From sequence record MZ189261.1: 64,000 bases of DNA; one strand, written 5' to 3'. The translations under genes were made by a program, and so were the position numbers. Shown one piece after another: positions 26,901-37,550 of this stretch. Below the pieces are notes generated by a model. It searched no databases and was not told where the DNA came from. It saw only the letters and a program-made list of their open reading frames with translations. Numbering within the stretch: position 1 is the stretch's first letter; the number at the start of each line of letters is the position of its first letter. The DNA is from Escherichia phage S143_2.

Positions 26901-28585
26901 TAGATTCGTTCCCATTGATGAGTGATATCGCCACCGATTGGACGATAAGAAACACCAGTTTCTTTATCAGTTAGTACCCATTTACCAGGATTTTTTGTAA
27001 TCAGAGTAGCCGTTACAGGTTCTGCTACATCATAACTAATAGTGCCGTCCTGAAGTACACGGCCCATGTTACGTAATTGCTTAGTCAGAAGTTCCATACC
27101 TTTATAATATGCGGCTACCGCTTTAAGTGGATTATTCTTGAAATAACCACCTAATGCAATCCAGATAATTGCCACTGCCAAATGATGATACTCGTTAAAC
27201 GAACTCATCTTTCCATATTTGTAAACTAATGGATTGATGTTAATAGTCACATTACAAGTTGTTTCATCAATAGTAAACTGACCCCAGGTCGGATTAGCGT
27301 TGAATTCATCATAACCTGAAACAGCGTAAAGCACTTTAGCTTCATCATACAATTTTGGCCCGTAAATCTTGGTTTCACCAAAATATCCACGAGGGTCAAT
27401 AAACTTGACTTCGCCGTTATCAGTAATCATAGTATTACTGAAGTTCGGGTCACCATGAATAACAGAGTACTGTCCCTGAGAACGGTTATGATAACGAATA
27501 AGGTGTTCTAAAGCTTGTTTCAGCATTGGCTTCAGACGCCCAATCTTAGTGTAGTTCACATGTGTGATTTTACCAAATGAATCAATCAATGGTTGAATAC
27601 TTTCACAACGATCAATAACTTTCGTATAGAACTCTTTAGTGAAATCACGACGAACAGTTTCAGGACTTACAAAATAAGTGTCTGTGCTGAATTTCAGTGC
27701 GTCTAAAATTGCATCAACAATTTGTGGACGAGCAAGACTTGATTTGGATTTAATATATTCAAATGCCGGCTTACCTTTAATGCGTTCCATTTCAAAGTTA
27801 TTTTCATTAACAGAAACTAACTGAGGAACTGAATCTGATTTCACTTTAAGATACCATGAAATCTCATCTTTCTGAAGAGCTCGGCCCTGTTCGGTTAATG
27901 CGAATTTAGTTACAGTTTCTTCACCAATTTCAACTGCATTAAAACTACGATTAAGTTCACGAACTTCATGAGCTTTTTCAAGTTTAGGCATATCACCTAA
28001 ATCAATTAGATTCATAAGCTCTGATTTATTGAATGCGCTGCCGTAAAGGAATTCTACGAAATCGCGTCCTTTGCAGTATTCATGAATTTCCTCATCAGTA
28101 GAACCCATATAGAATTCCCAGTCTTTGAACTGATAAATTCCTACAACATTACCACCTGTTGAACCTACGTTAGTGATATTTTCACCGTCGAAATTATATC
28201 GACATTCGTCGCCCTTAACATAGATTGCGTTAACATTCCAAGACCATGAACCAAAATCAGGAATAATATCACACCAGTTAACAATTACATTATGGCCGTC
28301 TAAATCTTTGTGTAATTTAGCAAGAGCATAAGCGGAACCATACGCTTCATCAACTGTACGAATAGTCACATTGAACCCTTCTTGCTCACAATAAGCTCGA
28401 ACAGTTTCAGCAAATTTTGAATGAACTACTACAATAATTTCATCTGCGCCAAGGTCAGAATAAATTGTATACAAATTGCTCAGAATAGTGTCTTGTTTAT
28501 AGTTAACAAGCACCTTAGGAATATGATGCGTTATTGGATACAAACGAGTTGCCAGTCCAGCACCAAGAATAACAGCTTTTTTCAT
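26900..28585 (-). CDS. bifunctional sugar-1-phosphate nucleotidyltransferase (N) / sugar kinase (C)
   Basis: N-terminal MKKAVILGAGLATRLYPIT...PK NTase signature; C-terminal HGDPNFSN...IDPRG Brenner motif; 561 aa. Confidence 0.7.
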   Translation of the reverse strand: MKKAVILGAGLATRLYPITHHIPKVLVNYKQDTILSNLYTIYSDLGADEIIVVVHSKFAETVRAYCEQEGFNVTIRTVDEAYGSAYALAKLHKDLDGHNVIVNWCDIIPDFGSWSWNVNAIYVKGDECRYNFDGENITNVGSTGGNVVGIYQFKDWEFYMGSTDEEIHEYCKGRDFVEFLYGSAFNKSELMNLIDLGDMPKLEKAHEVRELNRSFNAVEIGEETVTKFALTEQGRALQKDEISWYLKVKSDSVPQLVSVNENNFEMERIKGKPAFEYIKSKSSLARPQIVDAILDALKFSTDTYFVSPETVRRDFTKEFYTKVIDRCESIQPLIDSFGKITHVNYTKIGRLKPMLKQALEHLIRYHNRSQGQYSVIHGDPNFSNTMITDNGEVKFIDPRGYFGETKIYGPKLYDEAKVLYAVSGYDEFNANPTWGQFTIDETTCNVTININPLVYKYGKMSSFNEYHHLAVAIIWIALGGYFKNNPLKAVAAYYKGMELLTKQLRNMGRVLQDGTISYDVAEPVTATLITKNPGKWVLTDKETGVSYRPIGGDITHQWERI

Positions 28586-28626
28586 GTTGTGGTCCTCATT
28601 GGTAAGTAGGAGTATTGTACACTATT

Positions 28627-28770
28627 CTAGTTAAAGCATTCATACTTTGCTTGTAGTCCAATCATAATCCATCCGGTTATAAGAGTCGGAATCATTACTG
28701 GAGCCGTTAAGCTCCAGTAGATAGTCATGACAAGCATCAATAGTAAAAGTCCTATTGTTATTGCTTTCAT
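28627..28770 (-). CDS. small hydrophobic protein (47 aa, below cutoff)
   Basis: ATGA overlap with upstream stop; hand translation MKAITIGLLLLMLVMTIYW... Confidence 0.3.
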   Translation of the reverse strand: MKAITIGLLLLMLVMTIYWSLTAPVMIPTLITGWIMIGLQAKYECFN

Positions 28771-29402
28771 TGTTCGCCTCGTAACATGGCACCTAGTGCA
28801 CCGCCAGGGTGGAACTTAAGGAAGTCATTAGAGGTAAATCCACGTTCAGACGAAAGGTTGATAGCAAACGTATCGATAAGCGCTAACAACAATGTAGTGG
28901 ACATAGTCGGAGCCAGAGAATTCTCATCAACCTCTACTGCGATGCCTGTACAGAAAGAGTAATCAAAAAGGGCTTCATTTTCTTGTGGAATGTCTGGGTT
29001 ACAATGCAACAGAATCTGTTTGACGTTCGGACGAATCATTTTAAGATGCTTAGCCACGCCTATCATTTCTTCAGTTTTACCAGAACGACTAATATGAATC
29101 AACACATCATTAGGCGCAATGAATCCTGCATCACCGTGAGAATAATGCCCGGTGTTCAAGTACATACTCGGGATACCAAGTGAAGCAAATGTCTCAGAAG
29201 CTTTAGTTGCAATATTAGCATTCTTACCCACACCTGTAATAATTACACGACTTTCATAATTACTAAGTCCAGGGCGTCGAAGAGTTTCTAGAATAGCATT
29301 ATAACGAGCAGGGTTTTGACTAATTACTTTGGCCATAGCGGCCAAAGAAGAAGCTTGTTTTATGATTGCGTCAATAGCGATAGTAATAGGAGTAGTTTTC
29401 AT
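28767..29402 (-). CDS. SIS-domain sugar-phosphate isomerase, KdsD-like arabinose-5-phosphate isomerase
   Basis: VIITGVGKN, HGDAG, APTMSTT, FHPGGALG motifs line up with the KdsD SIS domain; 211 aa. Confidence 0.7.
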   Translation of the reverse strand: MKTTPITIAIDAIIKQASSLAAMAKVISQNPARYNAILETLRRPGLSNYESRVIITGVGKNANIATKASETFASLGIPSMYLNTGHYSHGDAGFIAPNDVLIHISRSGKTEEMIGVAKHLKMIRPNVKQILLHCNPDIPQENEALFDYSFCTGIAVEVDENSLAPTMSTTLLLALIDTFAINLSSERGFTSNDFLKFHPGGALGAMLRGEQ

Positions 29403-29442
29403 ATTTCTCTCATTTAATTAGTTTACCGTCCATGTCATTATA

Positions 29443-32154
29443 TCAAAAATCGAACATATCGAACAGAGATGCTTTCTTCTCGTAATCGAGTTTCGCTGCT
29501 GATGTGAATCCTTCAAGTGGTTTAATAAATGTCTTCTCAAGGAGAACAGTGTAGTCCATCCAATGAAGTACATCGTCTTTAATTAAATCTGTGATTTCAG
29601 TGCCAGAAGGCCATGCGATACATTTATCACCGAATGGGTTTCCTTCACGTAAAGGCAGAACATATACTTTTTCACCTTCTACAACTTGCGGTGCATCGAT
29701 ATTACCTTTGATAGCCCGGTTATACGTCAGAATTCCACGAATATGGAATGGGCATTTGGGACCAGGGAATCCACCTACATCATATTTAGCAATGTTATTC
29801 GCAGAAGATACCGACGCGATGCTAATATAATTCAATTGACGGAATTCTTTTTCAAACTCTTTAAAATATTCTTGTAATGATTCTTCACCTTCTTGAAGCA
29901 TACGACGAATACATTCTTTAAGAGCTTTCTGTACTGCTTTAGGAGTCGAAGATTTCTGAGTCTCTAGACCCATGATTTTGAGTTTAGGCTCAGCGTAACG
30001 AGTACCTTCCATATCCCACACGTTTAATGCATAACGTTTCTTACCAGTCCAGAATCCACCAATACCTTTAGAACCGAGTGGAGGCCCAGCGATAGCTTCT
30101 CGGTCCATGAACATTAAGTGTTGTTTATTGTTCATGTATTCACACATTTCACGGAAACCTCTATCAATAGCTGGTTCCATACGTTCACGTGCAAACTTAT
30201 CTAAGAAGTCTACCCAATGGTTGGTATCACGGAATTTAGATTCACCAACCTTATCGATAATTTTATCAGCAGATACGTAAATAGAGTCTGTATCACCATA
30301 AAGAACGAAAGCTTCACCTTCCGTACCACAAACTTCATTCAGATATTCATTAACTTTACGTTCAATCCACTGTAAAGCCATTTGTCCGAATGTTGTGATT
30401 GCAGTAGCATTACGCAAATCATAATAACGGAACCAAACGTTGCCAAGTGCACCATAAAGTGAGTTGATAAGCAATTTACGGTTAATTTGGGCAGTCATAC
30501 CTGCAACTTCAGTACGTTGAGCTCTAAACAACATTTCATTAAGAGATTTAGCAGACAACTTTTTAATCTTTTCTTTAATCTCATCGCTGAAGTCGAAACG
30601 ATAATCAACATCTAATGGTTCGTCAACAGAAAGATTAGGATTATGCAATGCCTCTTTAATTATTTCACCATTACGTTGAGCTGCAAGCATGTAACCTTTA
30701 TGTTCTTTACGTTGATTAAAGACCTTAGTGATTTCAGTTGGAACTACACCATCACGGTCTTTATAATACATCATGCCGTTAGGAGAACAACTGTACACAT
30801 CAGAAGGACGTTCAGCAACAGCGTTAATATAATCATGCAATGGAGCTACTTTAAACGTTCCTGCTATTGTTTCTGGGCTAATATTCACTTGGCGAATAAT
30901 ACTTGGATACAGAGATGTAAGGTCGAAACTCATTACATATTTGTATCGATTTGGAATAGGTTCCTTAACAAAAGCGCCAGGATAAGGTTGAACCGGGTGA
31001 GAACGACCTTGTGGAATCACCTTGTTCTGCTCTTTAAGGCTATTAAAAATAATAGCATCCCATGTTTTAATTGGACTAAACACAGATTGAATCTGTATCT
31101 TAGCATAATAACCCATGTCCAAACTCAAGTTGATGAACTGACGCTTAGCATCAATTTGCAATACACGATACACGTCGATAATGTTATAAGAAATATATCG
31201 TTGGTGATTGCTTTCACGAAGCTTAGAAATAGGGCCGTCATATTTCAGTTTACCAACGTTCAATTCAAATTCTGAAATGTAATCCAGAGAATACGACGGT
31301 TGATTGGTAAAAGAGAATTTTTTGTAAAGGTCAATGTAATCAAGAACAGATATACCGAACAATGTAATGATTTCACGAGAACCATACATGTTTTCGATAA
31401 CTTTAACACGAGTTTTACGATGCGGTGATAAACGTTTCGCAGTAGATTCGCCAAAAATATTCTTGATTCGGTTATACACATACGGAATATCAAATGACTC
31501 AACGTTCCATCCAGTCAAAATGACAGGAGTTTTCTGTTGCCAGAAGTTGAGATATTCCATCAACAATTCTTTTTCGTTATCGAACGGCATATAAATGATT
31601 TTATCGATAATTTCGGATGGAACTTCATCACCGCCCTGTTCTTGAAGCTTAGCAGCGATTTCAATAGACCATTCTTCCACATTACCGTATGGAGAATTCA
31701 ATAGATCAAATACGTAGAACCTGTCGTCAATTGAGTCATAATGGGTGATAGCATCAATCGGATGTTTTGCTTGTGACGGCTCAGGGAACCCATCGGGAGA
31801 TGTTACTTCGATGTCGAAGTTAGCCACACGAATTTTTGTATGGTCGTATTTGATTTCATAGTTATAAGTGTCAGACAAATACGCCAATTTGAAATCGTCC
31901 ATGCCAAGTGCTTCAAGACCGATATCTTCCATGCGTTTAATCCATTGGGAGGCATCACGCATATTGGCGAACAACTTACGAGTACACGGCTTACCGTAGA
32001 TATCGAAATATTTCGTAGCCTGACTTTCCGGACAATGAGCAAACAGTGATGGTTTATATTCTACTTCACGAGTACGTTCACGGCCATTAGAATCGATGTA
32101 ACGTTCAAAAATTGAATCACCAATCTGTTCAACCGTTAAGTAAAATTCTTTCAT
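29443..32154 (-). CDS. 43: DNA polymerase gp43 (family B)
   Basis: 903 aa, exo motifs (FDIE), pol motifs (SLYPS, YGDTDS), MKEFYLT start. Confidence 0.95.
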   Translation of the reverse strand: MKEFYLTVEQIGDSIFERYIDSNGRERTREVEYKPSLFAHCPESQATKYFDIYGKPCTRKLFANMRDASQWIKRMEDIGLEALGMDDFKLAYLSDTYNYEIKYDHTKIRVANFDIEVTSPDGFPEPSQAKHPIDAITHYDSIDDRFYVFDLLNSPYGNVEEWSIEIAAKLQEQGGDEVPSEIIDKIIYMPFDNEKELLMEYLNFWQQKTPVILTGWNVESFDIPYVYNRIKNIFGESTAKRLSPHRKTRVKVIENMYGSREIITLFGISVLDYIDLYKKFSFTNQPSYSLDYISEFELNVGKLKYDGPISKLRESNHQRYISYNIIDVYRVLQIDAKRQFINLSLDMGYYAKIQIQSVFSPIKTWDAIIFNSLKEQNKVIPQGRSHPVQPYPGAFVKEPIPNRYKYVMSFDLTSLYPSIIRQVNISPETIAGTFKVAPLHDYINAVAERPSDVYSCSPNGMMYYKDRDGVVPTEITKVFNQRKEHKGYMLAAQRNGEIIKEALHNPNLSVDEPLDVDYRFDFSDEIKEKIKKLSAKSLNEMLFRAQRTEVAGMTAQINRKLLINSLYGALGNVWFRYYDLRNATAITTFGQMALQWIERKVNEYLNEVCGTEGEAFVLYGDTDSIYVSADKIIDKVGESKFRDTNHWVDFLDKFARERMEPAIDRGFREMCEYMNNKQHLMFMDREAIAGPPLGSKGIGGFWTGKKRYALNVWDMEGTRYAEPKLKIMGLETQKSSTPKAVQKALKECIRRMLQEGEESLQEYFKEFEKEFRQLNYISIASVSSANNIAKYDVGGFPGPKCPFHIRGILTYNRAIKGNIDAPQVVEGEKVYVLPLREGNPFGDKCIAWPSGTEITDLIKDDVLHWMDYTVLLEKTFIKPLEGFTSAAKLDYEKKASLFDMFDF

Positions 32155-32214
32155 TTAATTTCCTTTAGACGAGTTATTGTCTTTTGTTTGTTGATGAACT
32201 TATTATACTCCAAA

Positions 32215-32230
32215 TGGGACCGAAGTCCCA
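32215..32230 (-). terminator. UUCG-tetraloop hairpin after regA
   Basis: minus-sense tgggac-ttcg-gtccca, followed by a TATAAT for gene 43. Confidence 0.4.
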
Positions 32231-32235
32231 TTGCT

Positions 32236-32604
32236 TTAATTACCAATTGTATATTTTGCTTTCAAAGTCCAGTCATCTTTCTGTTTAAAAGAGATAACAC
32301 GGAAGTTATTAGTCAGGCTAAATAGATCTTCACGAGCAGAGTCTTCAATAACAATCAATCCCCAGTCTTCAAGCAACTGGGCAATCGAATCACGTCGCTG
32401 ATAGTCTTCACCATCAATATCAACCTGACGCCCGTCCATACGCAGCATTTCTTTAAAGTGGACGATATAGTACTTACCTTGCTTTTGGAGGATATGACAA
32501 GACTGGTAAAGGACTTTATCCTTGTTATTAGCGATGCCCATACGGGTCAAAGTCTCTTTGACTTTCAGAAAATCTTCAGGGTTCTTCAATTTAATTTCAA
32601 TCAT
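32236..32604 (-). CDS. regA: translational repressor RegA
   Basis: MIEIKLKNPEDFLKVKETLTRMGIANNKDKVLYQSCHILQK matches RegA. Confidence 0.85.
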   Translation of the reverse strand: MIEIKLKNPEDFLKVKETLTRMGIANNKDKVLYQSCHILQKQGKYYIVHFKEMLRMDGRQVDIDGEDYQRRDSIAQLLEDWGLIVIEDSAREDLFSLTNNFRVISFKQKDDWTLKAKYTIGN

Positions 32605-32606
32605 TT

Positions 32607-33170
32607 TTACCATTCCAATGCTAATTTTTTAAATTGTTTTTGTTCTTTCACATTTTTTGTAACTTCTTTGAGAAACTCATCAGTGACCATGGCCTTCAGT
32701 TCTTTAAGGACTATTGGCAACTTGTTATTTTTTTCAAGGAGCCTCTTATACTCGGTAGCATCATTCATGTTGATTGTGTAATGTTTCATCAACAGTTTGA
32801 TAACTAGTAACTCTGAAGTGTCTTCGACTAGTTTAGCCCATTTAGAGAATCGACGTCCACGCGGAATTGCAGCCATCATATAGTTGAAGTGCGCTTCATC
32901 ACTTAATTCAGAACCGACTAAGTTCATCATGTAAACGGCTGGCATACATTCTGGGAACTGGGATAATGAGTTCTCAACCATAAATTTTGAGTAGTCGACC
33001 TGAGCAATTGACATAGATTTCTTTTCATTAATAGCATTAATGATTTTAAAGAATTCATTCTCAGGTTTTTCTTTAAACATATCAGCACATTTTTGAATCG
33101 CATCGGCGTCATTAGACTTCCATGCAATTTGGTGCTCGTTAAGCCGGACGTCATCATCGAATAAGTTCAT
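32607..33170 (-). CDS. 62: clamp loader small subunit gp62
   Basis: 187 aa, between regA and gp44. Confidence 0.8.
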   Translation of the reverse strand: MNLFDDDVRLNEHQIAWKSNDADAIQKCADMFKEKPENEFFKIINAINEKKSMSIAQVDYSKFMVENSLSQFPECMPAVYMMNLVGSELSDEAHFNYMMAAIPRGRRFSKWAKLVEDTSELLVIKLLMKHYTINMNDATEYKRLLEKNNKLPIVLKELKAMVTDEFLKEVTKNVKEQKQFKKLALEW

Positions 33171-33171
33171 A

Positions 33172-34134
33172 TTATTTCCAAGTCAGTTCGCAGGTCAGTT
33201 GAAGAAGCATATACATAACATGTAATTCAATATTACTTGCTAATCCATGAAACTTATTGTTTTCGCCTGCAATTTCATAAAGCGAAATAATACTTTTACC
33301 AGGTGCAACTTGGTCATAACATTCTGAAACTAATTTATCGATGAACCATGAATAATCTGCGGCATATTTTGGAGCTAATGCACGAAGCTGTTTGATATCT
33401 TTGTTCTTCATTGCTTCGATAACATCAGAGACTGTGCCACGGTCATTAGTTACGATAGACAGAATACCTGCATCAAGAACACCTTTAGACGAGTACTGGT
33501 CTAATTGTCCAATTGTACGACGAAAGTCCGGGAAGTTCTTTTTAACCAGAGCTGCAACAACTTTCATATCAGCGATTTCGATATTTTCGTTCTTACAGAT
33601 TTCAACCATACGATGAATCATTTTCTTCATCATCGAGATTTTATCTTCTTCGGTTGGACGTCCGAATTCGATAACTCGACAACGACTACGTAATGGTTCA
33701 ATAATTCCATCGATGTTGTTAGCAGTAATAATAATAGAACAGTTACTAGAGAATTCTTCCATAAACGTACGAAGGTGACGTTGTGATTCGGCGAGGCCAC
33801 TACGGTCAAATTCATCAATAACAATAACTTTAGGCTTGCCTTCCATTGAGACTGAACGAGCGAATGCAGTTAACGGACCACGCACAAAATCAATCTTACA
33901 ATCAGAACCGTTGACGAACATCATTTCGGCATTGATATCATTACATAATGCTTTTGCTACGGTTGTTTTACCTGTACCAGGAGAAGGAGAGTGCAAAATA
34001 ATATGAGGAAGTTTTCCTTTAGATACTAAAGACTTGAATGTTTCATGGTCATACGCAGGCAGAATACATTCGTCAATGGAAGAAGGACGATATTTCTGTT
34101 CTAGAATGTGTTCTTTGGAATTGATAGTAATCAT
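33172..34134 (-). CDS. 44: clamp loader large subunit gp44 (AAA+)
   Basis: Walker [10 protein letters not shown], Walker B IVIDEFD, 320 aa. Confidence 0.9.
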   Translation of the reverse strand: MITINSKEHILEQKYRPSSIDECILPAYDHETFKSLVSKGKLPHIILHSPSPGTGKTTVAKALCNDINAEMMFVNGSDCKIDFVRGPLTAFARSVSMEGKPKVIVIDEFDRSGLAESQRHLRTFMEEFSSNCSIIITANNIDGIIEPLRSRCRVIEFGRPTEEDKISMMKKMIHRMVEICKNENIEIADMKVVAALVKKNFPDFRRTIGQLDQYSSKGVLDAGILSIVTNDRGTVSDVIEAMKNKDIKQLRALAPKYAADYSWFIDKLVSECYDQVAPGKSIISLYEIAGENNKFHGLASNIELHVMYMLLQLTCELTWK

Positions 34135-34209
34135 GTAATTTTCCTCATTATCATTAAACTGGAGGATTTCTCCTCCATAATCGTATCACAATAAACGTAA
34201 AGCTTTGAC

Positions 34210-34896
34210 TTAGAAGTCGTGAGTAGAATCGGCTTCCATCGCAATAACATAACTTACTTGAGAGCTTTCAAACTTGGCTGCAACTTTATCACCAGCTCCC
34301 CACAACATTACTTTATAGTTACCTGGCTGGATTTTCATATTAGCCATATTGATTACGAAGTTAAAGTTGTTAGAACCATCATAATCGGTAAGAGTCAAAG
34401 AATACTTAGGACGAGTTAGTCCAGAATCTTCAACTTTATTATAGCCGTTGATAACAATTTTACCATCTTTATTTGTAATAGCAATTGTATCAATCTGAAG
34501 ACCACGTGAAACTCGAAGCAATTGTTGAAGGTCTTCAGCTTTAATTTCAGTAATCACAGAAGCCACTGGGAATTGAATTGGCTTATTAGGAAAAACAATG
34601 GTGCTCTTGTCAGCGGCAGGCCAATAAACCGTGGAACGTGTATCTGCAATTTTAATATTGCCATCGGTGTGCATTGAAATTTCAGCATCATCAGACACTA
34701 GACTCAAAATGCTTAAGAAGCTATTCAAATCATAAAGTGCTACGTCAAAATCAATTTCATCAGAGATATTTGCTTCCGCATAAGTGGTGCCATTAACTGC
34801 ACGAGTCATAATAAATTTACCTTGACTCAGCAGAATGCCTGAGTTAATAGAGGCAAAGTTTTTCAGAATAGCGATAGTATCTTTAGACAGTTTCAT
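34210..34896 (-). CDS. 45: sliding clamp gp45
   Basis: start at ATG (MKLSKDT); 228 aa; C-terminal ALEADSTHDF. Confidence 0.9.
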   Translation of the reverse strand: MKLSKDTIAILKNFASINSGILLSQGKFIMTRAVNGTTYAEANISDEIDFDVALYDLNSFLSILSLVSDDAEISMHTDGNIKIADTRSTVYWPAADKSTIVFPNKPIQFPVASVITEIKAEDLQQLLRVSRGLQIDTIAITNKDGKIVINGYNKVEDSGLTRPKYSLTLTDYDGSNNFNFVINMANMKIQPGNYKVMLWGAGDKVAAKFESSQVSYVIAMEADSTHDF

Positions 34897-34938
34897 TTTA
34901 TTTCCTTTCAAGACAATTCAAAGTTTATAACAAATTTA

Positions 34939-35355
34939 TTATGCAGCAACCATCTGCTTTTTAATAGCTTCAGGCAGTGATTCAATATATTCTGGAATTT
35001 TAGAAGCAACAATTTCGCCAGCTGCAATTAGTTGTTCGTCGGCATCAACACAGTAGAAATCTTCCAGACGCTCAGAACCGTCTTTATCAAGAACGATTTT
35101 TCCGCCAGCTTCAATAGAATCTTTATAGTGCTTACGCATCAGATGAATCCACATATCAGATACATCGTTATCAATAAAACCATAAATCATAAAACGAGTT
35201 TCTTGTGGCAAAGATTGGAGTTTTTTAGCACTTGCGTCATCACAATGCAGGACCCATGCTTTACGAACACGATTATGGTTATGTGGGTTAGCGTCAGTAC
35301 GGATAGAAGTAACTTTCAGATCAGCAGCAGTGAAACCTTTAGCAGTAGTAAACAT
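34939..35355 (-). CDS. rpbA: RNA polymerase binding protein RpbA-like
   Basis: 138 aa, position downstream of gene 45. Confidence 0.45.
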   Translation of the reverse strand: MFTTAKGFTAADLKVTSIRTDANPHNHNRVRKAWVLHCDDASAKKLQSLPQETRFMIYGFIDNDVSDMWIHLMRKHYKDSIEAGGKIVLDKDGSERLEDFYCVDADEQLIAAGEIVASKIPEYIESLPEAIKKQMVAA

Positions 35356-35367
35356 ATTATTTCTCTC

Positions 35368-35568
35368 TTATTCGTAGAAGTCGGTAACTGTCCATGCGGA
35401 ATTGCGATTAGACATTATTTTATTATACTCATCTTTAAAAGCAGATTTGAGCATTTGTTCAGTAACAATATGTTCTTCACCTGAAAACGTATTGGTCAAA
35501 ACATATTTTTTAATTTCAGGGACAACAAGAAGATGTTGTCCGGTTGAATACTCCATGTTGTTCTCCAT
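35368..35568 (-). CDS. hypothetical protein (66 aa)
   Basis: ORF track. Confidence 0.45.
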   Translation of the reverse strand: MENNMEYSTGQHLLVVPEIKKYVLTNTFSGEEHIVTEQMLKSAFKDEYNKIMSNRNSAWTVTDFYE

Positions 35569-35610
35569 TTAATTTGATGTGGTCATTATAACCACATCGT
35601 GTTAAAGCGT

Positions 35611-37299
35611 TTATGAAACAGTCATTACCGTAAATCGTCCAACTTTGCTCATCTGAAGATGTTGTCCATAACGTTGAGGGTCATGGTCTCGATGAGAGAT
35701 AATGAACACATTAGTATTTTGTAAACTTCCAAGAATGGTATCTATAGCCTTAACAGCCTCAGAATCGACAGCACCATCAAAAACCTCATCAAGAATCAGA
35801 GTGTTGATTTTAACACCAGAGACCTTTTCAGCAATATCTCGCCATGTAAACAACAATGCGATATCGATACGTGCCTTTTCACCTTGACTAAATGAAGCAT
35901 AACTAAAATCTTCACGACCACGTGATTTTATAGATTCATTGAATTCTTCGTCAATAGAAAACACGTAATCAGCTTCCATGATTTTAAGATAATAGTTAAT
36001 CTGCTTGTTGAACAGAGGCACATATTTTTTAATGATAGCACCTTTAATACCAGAATCTTTTAACATATCTGTGATAATACCACGATGGTATTTTTCAAGA
36101 ACGATATCAGATTTTGTTTTAATGATTTTATCAAGTTCTTTTTGAAGCAAAGCTATCTCATCAGCATGGTCGATAAATTCCGCCGAGGCTTGTTCTATTG
36201 CAGCTTTAACTTTCTTAGCTTTATCAATAGTGGCAATCATTGCTTGTTTTTTGGTACGAATATCAGATGCAAGGTCCTGTTTAGTCTTAACATTAGCTCT
36301 ATATTCGTCCACTAGGACACTCAGATTATCTCTGTGGCAGGTAAGTTGCTCGAATGAGTGATTACATTCATGAAGCTTATCGGTAATCTTAGAGACAATA
36401 GGATCACCCTGGTGCAACTGTGATGCACAAGTAGGACATGTACCACCATCATGATACATCTTAATAACTTTGTTATATGAGTCAATTTTAGATTTAATCA
36501 AGAATGCTTCTTGTCCGATCTTGTTGAACGCCTCAGTAGGGTCTTCGTCAAGAACGATATTAAGTAGACGCTCGTTAGCTTCTTCGATTTCTGCTTTTAA
36601 TGAACGAGCTTCTTTGGCTAGGTCGTCATACATATTCTGTAGACGCGCTACATTATCACCAGATAATTTCTTTTGACGTTCGATATTCTCGTTATAAATC
36701 TTAATTTGTTGGATAATACCATCTTTCTTGGCATCGAGAACTTGTCCCTGGGAATTAAGTTCTCGAACTTGAGACTTATTGATTTTATCCATTTCAGCGA
36801 GTGTGCCGACTTCTAAAAGGTCTTCGACAAGTTTTCTACGAGCAGGGGTGCTAAGAGCCATGAAAGGGGTATACCCTGCCGTCCCAAGCACAACGATTTG
36901 TTTAAAAGACGCGTATGACATTCCGATGCTACGTTCAAATTCTTCTTGGAAGTCACGACTGCTGGCAGATTCATCAAGACGAACACCGTCAACGGAGATT
37001 TCGAAAATATTGGGCTTTTGGCCACGTTTAATGAAGTATTTTTTACCATCGAATTCCATCCAAAGCTCAACTAAGAGCTCTTTCTTGTTCGTGCTATTAA
37101 TGATTTGCCCTTTCTTAACATCACGAAATGGTTTACCGAAAAGTCCGAAAGTAATGGCTTCTAACATCGTAGATTTACCACCACCATTTTTACCGGTGAT
37201 TAATGTCTTTTGGACTTTATCTAATTGGATATCAATAGGATTCCCACCTACCGACATGATGTTTTGATAACGAACACGATTTAATTTAAATGATTTCAT
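35611..37299 (-). CDS. 46: recombination endonuclease subunit gp46 (SbcC/Rad50-like)
   Basis: Walker A GKNGGGKST, coiled coil with CPTC hook, 562 aa. Confidence 0.9.
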   Translation of the reverse strand: MKSFKLNRVRYQNIMSVGGNPIDIQLDKVQKTLITGKNGGGKSTMLEAITFGLFGKPFRDVKKGQIINSTNKKELLVELWMEFDGKKYFIKRGQKPNIFEISVDGVRLDESASSRDFQEEFERSIGMSYASFKQIVVLGTAGYTPFMALSTPARRKLVEDLLEVGTLAEMDKINKSQVRELNSQGQVLDAKKDGIIQQIKIYNENIERQKKLSGDNVARLQNMYDDLAKEARSLKAEIEEANERLLNIVLDEDPTEAFNKIGQEAFLIKSKIDSYNKVIKMYHDGGTCPTCASQLHQGDPIVSKITDKLHECNHSFEQLTCHRDNLSVLVDEYRANVKTKQDLASDIRTKKQAMIATIDKAKKVKAAIEQASAEFIDHADEIALLQKELDKIIKTKSDIVLEKYHRGIITDMLKDSGIKGAIIKKYVPLFNKQINYYLKIMEADYVFSIDEEFNESIKSRGREDFSYASFSQGEKARIDIALLFTWRDIAEKVSGVKINTLILDEVFDGAVDSEAVKAIDTILGSLQNTNVFIISHRDHDPQRYGQHLQMSKVGRFTVMTVS

Positions 37300-37550
37300 A
37301 TGTATTCTCTTCGAATGAAGTCCTCTACATATTTTAACATGTCATCCCTATCAGCAAAATATTCATCTAGTTCTGCATACATAACAACACCTGGTGCGTA
37401 CTCACAGGTAACATACATTGTTCCAAAGAAACGAGGAGTTGATTCCTCGTAATTCTCAGTCCATTCAACGATACCAATATAACCGTCACCAATACTAAAT
37501 TCATGACGATGGATTTCATAATCAGTCTTCGTCATTATACGCGTCCTCAA
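37296..37550 (-). CDS. hypothetical protein (84 aa)
   Basis: ORF track. Confidence 0.5.
   Translation of the reverse strand: MRTRIMTKTDYEIHRHEFSIGDGYIGIVEWTENYEESTPRFFGTMYVTCEYAPGVVMYAELDEYFADRDDMLKYVEDFIRREYI

Noticed and set aside
30643-31275. 210-aa plus-strand ORF
   Set aside because: Lies entirely antisense within the gp43 DNA polymerase gene; no SD; low-complexity translation. Judged a spurious antisense frame.
35032-35484. 150-aa plus-strand ORF
   Set aside because: Antisense across the RpbA-like gene and its neighbour; no SD.
36779-37267. 162-aa plus-strand ORF
   Set aside because: Antisense inside gp46; no translation signals.
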